64,000 nt of DNA from IMG/VR virus record IMGVR_UViG_3300027708_000054, one strand, 5' to 3'. Made by a program: the position numbers and the translations under genes. Source of the DNA: an uncultured virus (IMG/VR IMGVR_UViG_3300027708_000054) (Duplodnaviria; Heunggongvirae; Uroviricota; Caudoviricetes). Position 1 is the stretch's first letter. Each line of letters begins with the position of its first letter. Below the pieces are notes generated by a model that was not told where the DNA came from, searched no databases, and worked only from the letters and a program-made list of their open reading frames with translations. Shown here piece after piece: positions 8,959 through 16,987 of the stretch.

Positions 8959-9085
8959 GATAGAACTTCACATACTTGGTCTCTGACCTATTCTATCTGG
9001 TAACACTGAGCTGTTACAGGGCAATTCATGACACTTAGCTTTGTCCAATTGCTTGTTGTTTTCCTAGTGCTAAGATCAAACAACA
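8959..9085 (-). ncRNA. candidate structured RNA 3' of tmRNA
   Basis: Four consecutive hairpins with complementary loops (CUUAGC/GCUAAG); no obvious ORF. Confidence 0.45.
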
Positions 9086-9089
9086 GATG

Positions 9090-9416
9090 TGGAGGTGGGG
9101 AGAATCGAACTCCCGTCCAAACTACTTTCGTTAATACAATTTATACAGCTTATAGGGTCAAGCTCAGCTCAACGTTTCCACCACTCTATTTAATCTAATA
9201 GAGAAATCTTTGAATGTTTAGGCTGCTACACCAAGAATAACATCCTCATTTAATAATGAGAACACTTTGTTCATGTTAGCTTCGATTTGTGCGTAATCTC
9301 CTAGAGACACAACACGAGAATTGTTTTTGCCATTTAATTAAATTCACCTTAGTTTACAGTTATCTCTCTGGCTGATTGTATTAATTATTGGTAACCTGTC
9401 AAAACCAGTCACCCCC
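9090..9416 (-). ncRNA. ssrA: tmRNA (transfer-messenger RNA)
   Basis: 5' GGGGGTGACTGGTTTTGAC; 3' GGGAG-TTCGATT-CTCCC-CACCTCC-A; 7 bp acceptor stem with G3:U wobble (Ala identity); helix 2 9375-9384 pairs with 9131-9140; internal tag ORF ending ...LGVAA*. Confidence 0.92.
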
Positions 9417-9424
9417 ATAAATAA

Positions 9425-9454
9425 ATATCCCTGCAAATATAATCTACAGGGATA
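9425..9454 (-). promoter_or_regulatory. putative tmRNA promoter (-7 box TATATTTG) inside an inverted repeat
   Basis: TATATTTG at 9434-9441 (minus); TATCCCTG/CAGGGATA inverted repeat around it. Confidence 0.5.
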
Positions 9455-9631
9455 AATAAAACAAACAAATTAACCAAATTTATTGTTCAATGTTTTGTCT
9501 AACATCAATTGTCTTCTCTGTTACAATCCCATATCTGAAATTGTATAACACTTCAACTATTAACCTCTTAGCTTTTATCTTTCTAAGAGGATTAGTTGAA
9601 CCCACTAATGTTCCTTTGTATATTCTACGTC

Positions 9632-9874
9632 TCATGGTATAATAATATGAAGAATAGCTGAAATAACAAGTAATACAGAAAGACTTATAATTATTATATG
9701 AAGCTTATTAATATGACGTTTATATATCTCCACTTCTTCTTCACATAGTTCTACAATCTTGCTTTTCATATCAAGTAGATTGTTAGCCATGTCTAATGCT
9801 CTTTGTTGATCTTCTACAAGCTCTGTAAGCTTAATGATAGTCTCATCAATTGGTTCTTGTTTTTGTTTTCTCAT
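9632..9874 (-). CDS. coiled-coil protein with C-terminal TM helix
   Basis: Heptad-like region followed by IIIISLSVLLVISAILHIII. Confidence 0.6.
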   Translation of the reverse strand: MRKQKQEPIDETIIKLTELVEDQQRALDMANNLLDMKSKIVELCEEEVEIYKRHINKLHIIIISLSVLLVISAILHIIIP

Positions 9875-10052
9875 GTTATTTAGTTTTTATTGTTTTTAGA
9901 AACTATTTCCATACCAAGAATGATGGGAAACATAATTGGACTCAATAGCCATAAGAACCATATATAATATGGTACATCACTATTATGTGGGTAAGATTCT
10001 AATATAATTCCTAACATTATCATGTAGGAAAGAAAAATGTATAATAATATTA

Positions 10053-10244
10053 TCATAATCCTATCATTTGATCAAAACAACTCTCTAGTATGTCTTGAAG
10101 GTTATACTTCTCTTGTTGTAACTCTGTTATTCTTTCTTCAATGATATGAATATTCGTATCATCGTGACCATCTTTAAGACTATCTAATGAATGTAATTCC
10201 ATTCTGATATCTTGTAATCTCTGTTGTATTTCTTCTGCTCTCAT
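10053..10244 (-). CDS. small coiled-coil protein
   Basis: 63 aa ORF in the early gene array. Confidence 0.6.
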   Translation of the reverse strand: MRAEEIQQRLQDIRMELHSLDSLKDGHDDTNIHIIEERITELQQEKYNLQDILESCFDQMIGL

Positions 10245-10247
10245 GAT

Positions 10248-10388
10248 TTATACGCATCTATGTTTAGACCAATATCTTCTTTGTTGATTGCATCTTGATG
10301 CGCAACTCTCCATAGTAAATAGAACTAAGAGTAATAGTGCTGTAATAGTATACAATGATACTAATGTAATGTAAGGACGTTTCTTCAT
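10248..10388 (-). CDS. small putative lipoprotein/membrane peptide (46 aa, not in track)
   Basis: MKKRPYITLVSLYTITALLLLVLFTMES-C: basic N-terminus, hydrophobic core, then Cys. Confidence 0.45.
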   Translation of the reverse strand: MKKRPYITLVSLYTITALLLLVLFTMESCASRCNQQRRYWSKHRCV

Positions 10389-10597
10389 AGCCAATTGTCT
10401 TTAGTTTGTTTATTAAGGTCATATGCTACAATAACACTTGGTATCCAACCAAATATTAACATAAGCATTAATGTTACACCATGTGTGTAACATTCACGTA
10501 AGGATAGATCAGATAAGAAATATCCAATAAGACTCATAAGAGTCCATGTACCAATAGCTGTAAATATAACAGCCAACATAATTTTTGTTGATTTCAT
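10385..10597 (-). CDS. small two-TM membrane protein
   Basis: Two hydrophobic helices in 70 aa. Confidence 0.6.
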   Translation of the reverse strand: MKSTKIMLAVIFTAIGTWTLMSLIGYFLSDLSLRECYTHGVTLMLMLIFGWIPSVIVAYDLNKQTKDNWL

Positions 10598-10615
10598 TTG
10601 TTTGTTATTAAGGGT

Positions 10616-11032
10616 TTATCTATTTTCTTTTGTAAAACCTGATGAATCAGTTTCAGGACCATTATCAACAATAATTTCTTCAATTATTTCACCATCTACA
10701 AATCTTGATGTGCTTGCAAATTCTATGGTATCCATGCATTTACAAAAATCAACAAACTCATCATATCTTTCTTTGTCTTCTACTGCACCGCAATATGTCC
10801 CTAGATCACCATAATGCTTCAATCTGGTAGCAGCATAAGGTTTAACTTCTTCTATTTGCCAATCATCTTCTATCAATTCAGATAGATTTTTATCTCTATT
10901 GATAATAGTGATTGACTTACGATAACCACAACTATTGCAGTTAACATATGCTTCTCCTGTTTTGTAGTAAAAGTCACTAAATGCTTCTTGTTTGCAATTA
11001 GGACATTCAATGTAATCTATTACACTTCCCAT
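10616..11032 (-). CDS. zinc-ribbon protein
   Basis: CPNC...CNSCGY at N-terminus. Confidence 0.7.
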   Translation of the reverse strand: MGSVIDYIECPNCKQEAFSDFYYKTGEAYVNCNSCGYRKSITIINRDKNLSELIEDDWQIEEVKPYAATRLKHYGDLGTYCGAVEDKERYDEFVDFCKCMDTIEFASTSRFVDGEIIEEIIVDNGPETDSSGFTKENR

Positions 11033-11338
11033 AATGTTATTTTTTTGTTTATTATTAAGGATTATATTTAATTGTTGTTTTATCTATTAACCATCTCACT
11101 TTATATCTACCAAGTTTATCTTGTTTGATAGTCTGTTTAGACCAATCACCAAGTTTTGCCTTAAAGTCTTCAGCACTCTTAAGACTGTTGAAGACTCTTG
11201 TAGCATATTTCTGTTCAGCATTCTTCATAATATTAGCTTAATGCAGCATCTATTTGATTAATGATGTGTCTTTGTTCCCAAATGGTAAGCTCATCATAAG
11301 ACTTACCATAATACTTCTGTGCAAATTCTTCTTCCATA

Positions 11339-11659
11339 TTACCATCCTAATAATGATTTAGGAACAATAGGACATACATGATTTTGCCACCATTCACTTC
11401 CATCATATTCACCTCTATCTGCCCATGTACCATCTTTGAACCAAACAGTACCAAACAGTTCTTGTCCACCATAACCATGATCATATTCAAAATCTAATGA
11501 TTCAACAAAGTTATTGTATTCTTCTTCTGTATATGTTATAGGAAGTTTGTGTTCAGAACCTGGTATTTCATGTTCCCAACAATCTTGGTAAGATATCTCA
11601 GCACATAATACTATTTTATTCTTTACCATTTGTAAAAATTCTTCTTTAGCGTTTGCCAT
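11339..11659 (-). CDS. conserved phage hypothetical protein
   Basis: YDHGYGGQELFGTVWFKDGTWADRGEYDGSEWW motif. Confidence 0.7.
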   Translation of the reverse strand: MANAKEEFLQMVKNKIVLCAEISYQDCWEHEIPGSEHKLPITYTEEEYNNFVESLDFEYDHGYGGQELFGTVWFKDGTWADRGEYDGSEWWQNHVCPIVPKSLLGW

Positions 11660-11941
11660 AATTTCTATTTGTTATTAAGGAGTTTGTGTTGGCTACAATG
11701 TGTAGTCAACTGTATTAGTTAATAATTTGTTTTAAAATATAATTACCAAAGGCTTCCAACCCTAGCACTCCGTTTACTTGGTAATTACATAATAGCATCT
11801 CAATTATGGTAGGTTGCCAGTTCCTACTTTACTTCCCTAATTAGATGTTTGAGCCAAGAAACCTGGACTAAGGTGCATTGTTGTTCCGTCTTATGCTAAC
11901 TGATTCTAATTATAAAGGGCCCTAAGAAGAGCCCATTATTA

Positions 11942-12154
11942 TTATTCTATACATTGTTCTTTCCAGAATATATCATCATGATATCTATCAAGATCTATAT
12001 AAGAAGAAAACTCTTTCACTCCTCTATCAATAAGATCTGATTTAGTATCATTAGTAATAGTAGATGAATGAAAATGATCACCTGCATATAATCCTTCTAT
12101 GTATAATGTATTATCTACAATACCTATTAGTCTTGTCTTCATAAATGTATCCAT
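11942..12154 (-). CDS. hypothetical protein
   Basis: 70 aa ORF. Confidence 0.5.
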   Translation of the reverse strand: MDTFMKTRLIGIVDNTLYIEGLYAGDHFHSSTITNDTKSDLIDRGVKEFSSYIDLDRYHDDIFWKEQCIE

Positions 12155-12460
12155 AATGCTATATATAATGTGTTAGTTTGTTGATCTTCTGTTTTGTTAT
12201 TTATGCTTTATTATAGTGTAGAGGTACACACTGCTACTTATTCACACTCCATGAATATATATAATTCTTGAAAGATTATCAGTATTTCAAGCATTTCATT
12301 GAAAGAAAGTTAATACGCTCCTCGTAAAAAGTTTATAAAACTGAGAATAATGCAATGAAGCATATTACACATATATATAAGGAGTGAATAAACTATTCAT
12401 CACTCCTTATTATATACATATGTCTGATGATGTATTATAGATATATATAAATTAACAGGC

Positions 12461-12835
12461 TTAATAGCCTGCTAATTCATTATAACTAACTGCATCAAGT
12501 TGTTTAACAACAACATCATCAACATCACCCAATGCTCTAACTTTAGGAGCAACAAAGTAAAGACCATCATTATCACCACGTAGTACAGTAAAACCTAATA
12601 AGTGGTTAATATTAATCTTTCCTGCTCTAACAGGTTCTTCTAATGCGCTTTCTACGCATACAGTGATAGACTTATCAGTAGCAGGATCAATAAAAGTGAC
12701 CGAAGGTCGCTTATCCTTTCTAACATTAAGGACATATTTTAATCCTTTAAATAAATCTTTTGCAATACCACTTTCAATAGTGCTTGCACTTTCTTTTAAG
12801 CCTAACTCTTCTCTTGTTTTTAATACGATTTCCAT
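12461..12835 (-). CDS. hypothetical protein, first gene of the leftward arm
   Basis: 124 aa ORF with A-rich leader. Confidence 0.65.
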   Translation of the reverse strand: MEIVLKTREELGLKESASTIESGIAKDLFKGLKYVLNVRKDKRPSVTFIDPATDKSITVCVESALEEPVRAGKININHLLGFTVLRGDNDGLYFVAPKVRALGDVDDVVVKQLDAVSYNELAGY

Positions 12836-13150
12836 TTTCTGTTTTTTTATGGATTAATAATTAAGTGTAGGAGGTGTCCCCACTTCCCAAAAATAGGTGG
12901 GGTGGTTGGTTGGAATGGGTCTCTATCAGTACATACATAACACCTTTCTAAATTTTGGAAAAAAAAATTTTAAAAAAATTTGGTGGATATAAAATTTATG
13001 TTATACCTTTGGGGCGGTGGTTGGGCTTGGTCTTCTATATAGATCTATATAAAAAAGTTTTCATAATATAGCATAGGAATAAAATATTTCTTCTATATAT
13101 GTATTTTATATATTTTTATTATATATCTTTGTCAGTATTAAAACTAAATT
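12836..13150. promoter_or_regulatory. divergent intergenic control region (strand switch)
   Basis: Gene orientation flips here; TACCTTTG (~13004) and TATCTTTG (~13124) -7 boxes on plus; G-rich tracts and A/T runs. Confidence 0.6.
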
Positions 13151-13555
13151 ATGATAGTACAAAGACTAAAGAAGAATATATCTACAGATATGGAATTAGC
13201 CATCTTATACTACAGTGTATTATCTTCTATAAACACTCTTAAGTTAACAGAGAGAGAAATACAACTCATATCCTTTACAGCTATTAAAGGGAATATTACA
13301 TATGCTAATGTAAGAGAAGAATTCTGTAAGACATATAATAGTACATCTCCTTCTATTAATAACATCATCAGTAAGCTGAAGAAGGTGGGTATATTTGTTA
13401 AGGAGAATGGAAAGGTGAAGGTAAATCCAATCATCTCTATAGATTTCACTAAAGATTTAACGTTAGATATAAAACTAATACATGGAGAAGCCACAATCAA
13501 TGTCAGTGAAGGAGTGGATAATAAAGAAGATGGCAATCAACATGGTGATATCTGA
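13151..13555 (+). CDS. winged-helix DNA-binding protein
   Basis: LTEREIQLI...SINNIISKLKKVGIFVKENGKVKVNP (MarR/wHTH-like). Confidence 0.6.
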   Translation: MIVQRLKKNISTDMELAILYYSVLSSINTLKLTEREIQLISFTAIKGNITYANVREEFCKTYNSTSPSINNIISKLKKVGIFVKENGKVKVNPIISIDFTKDLTLDIKLIHGEATINVSEGVDNKEDGNQHGDI

Positions 13556-13871
13556 GAAGATAATTGATGCTGTTGTTACACATCAGTTTGATTCTGCACA
13601 TGATGCTGTAAACATACATAAGAGTGTTGAGATTTCTGGGTTTGGTAAGTTTTTATTTAACACAAAGAAAGCTATTACACATTATAATAAGTTGTTGGCT
13701 ATTGAACAAGCGTATAAGAATATGCTTCTAGATGAAAACATTACACCAGCAAAAAGAGATGCTGTTGAATTAAAATTAAAAATAATAGCAACTAGTATAT
13801 ATTCATTAAAACCAAAAACAAATGAAGATAGCGCAAGTGATAGAGGGATGGAAGAATCATCTTCTTCCTGA
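13482..13871 (+). CDS. HU/IHF-like protein
   Basis: VEISGFGKF resembles the HU/IHF GFG.F signature; IHF-like genes are known in crAss-like phages. Confidence 0.6.
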   Translation: MEKPQSMSVKEWIIKKMAINMVISEKIIDAVVTHQFDSAHDAVNIHKSVEISGFGKFLFNTKKAITHYNKLLAIEQAYKNMLLDENITPAKRDAVELKLKIIATSIYSLKPKTNEDSASDRGMEESSSS

Positions 13872-14085
13872 AGAAAGAAAGAAAGCTTTTATAGAACATG
13901 TTAGCAATTCAAGAATGGATATATGTAATGGATGTGAACATGTTTCTACAAAACATAAAACAATAAGACCTGATGTACATTGCACAGAATGTGGATGTAC
14001 ACTCTCTGCAAAAACAAAATGTTTAACATGTGAATGTCCATTGAAGAAATGGCTTCCTGAATCTATACCAGATGAGACTACGTAA
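13822..14085 (+). CDS. Cys-rich zinc-binding protein
   Basis: RMDICNGC...CTECGC...K...CECPLKKW. Confidence 0.7.
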   Translation: MKIAQVIEGWKNHLLPEERKKAFIEHVSNSRMDICNGCEHVSTKHKTIRPDVHCTECGCTLSAKTKCLTCECPLKKWLPESIPDETT

Positions 14086-14353
14086 AATTCCTTTAGAAAA
14101 CCTTATTAATTTGTTAGCAGATCTATATGATGGTGGTGCTGATTATATTGATATAACAGCTGAATCAACAGAAACAGATGAACCAGATCAAATGAAGATA
14201 ACGGTGAAACCTGAATACATCTCTGAAGATCTTGACACTATAAGAAAGATAGAGATAGATTTTACAGATGAGGATGAGGAGGATGATGTAATAGATAACA
14301 AAAAGAATACAAACATAAGTCTTTCTGAAGAAGATATAAATGATCTTATATGA
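14072..14353 (+). CDS. acidic hypothetical protein
   Basis: 93 aa ORF in terminase operon. Confidence 0.65.
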   Translation: MRLRKIPLENLINLLADLYDGGADYIDITAESTETDEPDQMKITVKPEYISEDLDTIRKIEIDFTDEDEEDDVIDNKKNTNISLSEEDINDLI

Positions 14354-14619
14354 TGAAACACCCAAACTATTATCGCCAAATACTAAAAGCTTTAGATCGT
14401 TTACATAAAGCTCATCCTACATATAATATGGGAAGACATCTTGCCACAGCATTAGATGAATCTAATCTATGGGGCCTAGATGATAGAGAGCTTTTATTTG
14501 CTATACAGAAATATGAAATAGAGCTTAATATAGATCATGCCCATACAGATGAGATAGAGGAGATAATAAAAGATGGCATGAATTTGGAGAGAACATTATT
14601 TGAAGAGGAGGAAGACTAA
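14350..14619 (+). CDS. hypothetical protein
   Basis: 89 aa ORF coupled to neighbours. Confidence 0.65.
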   Translation: MMKHPNYYRQILKALDRLHKAHPTYNMGRHLATALDESNLWGLDDRELLFAIQKYEIELNIDHAHTDEIEEIIKDGMNLERTLFEEEED

Positions 14620-14630
14620 AAACAAACACA

Positions 14631-14963
14631 ATGGCAATAAAGAAAACTACATATATTAATACAGAACTTGATTGGGCTGAGGAACAATTATCAAGCTGGA
14701 AACAATACGTTGATGCTAATCCCTTACATACATTAGAGGATAGAATCAAATGGAAAGAAACTAAAGCTGGTGGTGCTATGCCTATGGTGATAGCATCTAT
14801 TGAGGCTCAAGGAAAGTTTGTCCAAGAGACAATGAAAAACTATCTAGCTCTGCTTGAGCAAGTGGAGAAACTTAGAGAGAAAGAAGAAGCAAAGGTGGTG
14901 CCTGTTAGAGGTGGTGCTGAGCTTGGAAGTATGGCAGAAGATTTCTTAAAGGGTAGAAAATAA
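14631..14963 (+). CDS. possible terminase small subunit
   Basis: Helical 110 aa ORF directly upstream of and coupled to terL; positional inference only. Confidence 0.4.
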   Translation: MAIKKTTYINTELDWAEEQLSSWKQYVDANPLHTLEDRIKWKETKAGGAMPMVIASIEAQGKFVQETMKNYLALLEQVEKLREKEEAKVVPVRGGAELGSMAEDFLKGRK

Positions 14964-16987
14964 TGGAAGGATTACAAAGTATTGATTATAAAGATTGGTT
15001 TATAAATCAGAAGAGAGTTCCTCAAAAAGACTCAGATGAATATAGAGCATTCTATGCCTACCATAAACAACTATGTATTGATGGTTGTACAATGGGTGGT
15101 GTATATATCAATCCTTTCTTATATTGGCATTTGAACTTCTGGAATACAGAGGTAGATATTATAGATGATAGAGGACGTATATCACAGAAATATGCTAACC
15201 CATATCTACGTGATAACGAGTGGATTATTACAAACGAAATAGATAGAGCACATACAGAAAAGAAAGGCCTAGTAATACTAGGTATTAGACGTTTGGCTAA
15301 GAGTGTAATTGAGAGTTCCTACATAGGTCATGGTGCAACGTTCGATGAGAACTCCCAGAACATTATTGCAGGACTAAATGCACCAGATATAAAACTAATC
15401 ACAGATAAGATTGATAAAGGATTAAACTTCTTACCAGAAGCCTGGAGATGGCAGAGGGTAGAAGACAATTGGAAAAACCAAGTTACTTTAGGGATCAAGA
15501 CAAAAGCAGGAGAGAGAATCCCCTTTTCTCAGATCCTTATTCGTAACTTAGATGGTGGTAATAATGAGGAAGCTATTGCAGGTACAAAACCTAGAAGGCT
15601 TATTATTGATGAGATAGGTAAGGGTAATTTCCTTAGAGGATTACAAGCTGCAACACCAGGATTTACAACACCATTTGGTTGGGGATGTTCTCCAATTCTT
15701 ACAGGTACAGGTGGAGATATGCAAAACTTCATGGATGCAAAGAGTTTAATGTTTGATGTACAGAATTTCAACTTCTTAGAATACAATAGTGCTAAAGATG
15801 ATCAAAGAATCCATGGACTATTCATCTCCCATAAATATAGAATGGAAGCTAAAGAAGATTCTTCTTTAGGAGCTTATTTGGAACAACCAAAAGAATCAGA
15901 GCTACATAATGTAAAGATGTTAGTCTCTAATCAAGAGACAGCAGATAAGATTACAAATGAAAATCTTGAAAGATTAAAGAAAGCTGGTGATAGACTAGCT
16001 TATTTAAAAGAGAAGATGTATTACCCACAAGAGGTGGATGATATATTCTTAAATGAAGATACAAATATATTTGATATAGAAGCAGCTAAACGTCAAAAGA
16101 CTAGGTTATTAAATCAAGAAAGAACAGGAACACCTGTTGTTCTTTATGATGATGGTCAAGGAGTGAAACATGAGTTTACAGATAAACTTCCTATATCAAA
16201 CTTTCCTTTAAAAAATAGTGATAACAAAGATGCTCCTGTAGTGATATATGAGTTTCCTATTGATAGTCCTCCTTATGGATTATATGTTGCAGGGATTGAC
16301 CCTTATAGACAGGGTAAGTCTGCTTATAGTGCATCATTAGGATCTGTCTATATATACAAACGTATGCATGCTATTTCAGGAGAGAAGTATCAAGATATGT
16401 TTGTAGCTAGCTATTGTGCTAGACCAGATAAGAAAGAAACATGGGAAGAACAAGCTCGTTATCTTATCAAGTATTATAATGCTAGAGCTCTATGTGAGAA
16501 TGACGAAATCTCGTTCATTGATTATATGATAGCTAAAGGAGATCAACATTATTTAGAAAGACAACCTGAATGGTTAAAAGAAATAGTTCCTAATACAACA
16601 GTGCGAAGGGATTATGGAATACATAGATCTTCTGAGAAAATACGAGACTTCTTACATGGATGTCTTAAGAAGTATTCAGAAGAAGCTATACATGTAGAGA
16701 AGGATGAAGATGGTAACATCATATCAGAGATAAAAGGAATGTCAAAGATGTTTGATCCTGTTCTACTAGAAGAAATGATTCAGTATAATGAACAAGGTAA
16801 CTTTGATAGAATCATTGCTGCTGAGCTTGCAATAGCTTTAGCAATGAAACTAGATCCCATTATGGGAAAAATAGGAGGAGAGCAAGATGTAAGAATGAAA
16901 TCAATGTTCACAAAGAATAAAAAGAAGACACTGTTTACAGAAAGCAGATCAATGTTTAACACACCAAGAAATAAATTATTTACATAA
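14963..16987 (+). CDS. terL: terminase large subunit
   Basis: Walker A-like GIRRLAKS, Walker B LIIDEIG, GTGG coupling motif, RNase H AGIDPY and NFDR; precedes portal. Confidence 0.92.
   Translation: MEGLQSIDYKDWFINQKRVPQKDSDEYRAFYAYHKQLCIDGCTMGGVYINPFLYWHLNFWNTEVDIIDDRGRISQKYANPYLRDNEWIITNEIDRAHTEKKGLVILGIRRLAKSVIESSYIGHGATFDENSQNIIAGLNAPDIKLITDKIDKGLNFLPEAWRWQRVEDNWKNQVTLGIKTKAGERIPFSQILIRNLDGGNNEEAIAGTKPRRLIIDEIGKGNFLRGLQAATPGFTTPFGWGCSPILTGTGGDMQNFMDAKSLMFDVQNFNFLEYNSAKDDQRIHGLFISHKYRMEAKEDSSLGAYLEQPKESELHNVKMLVSNQETADKITNENLERLKKAGDRLAYLKEKMYYPQEVDDIFLNEDTNIFDIEAAKRQKTRLLNQERTGTPVVLYDDGQGVKHEFTDKLPISNFPLKNSDNKDAPVVIYEFPIDSPPYGLYVAGIDPYRQGKSAYSASLGSVYIYKRMHAISGEKYQDMFVASYCARPDKKETWEEQARYLIKYYNARALCENDEISFIDYMIAKGDQHYLERQPEWLKEIVPNTTVRRDYGIHRSSEKIRDFLHGCLKKYSEEAIHVEKDEDGNIISEIKGMSKMFDPVLLEEMIQYNEQGNFDRIIAAELAIALAMKLDPIMGKIGGEQDVRMKSMFTKNKKKTLFTESRSMFNTPRNKLFT

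Noticed and set aside
9040..9089. Theta/HDV-like ribozyme at the tmRNA 3' end
   Set aside because: Could not build the nested P1-P2-P3-P1.1 topology or the J4/2 catalytic C by eye
9301..9333. Short ATG-started ORF (MAKTILVLCL*) inside the tmRNA
   Set aside because: Different frame; the GGC-started frame ends in the canonical AA-stop and follows a typical resume context
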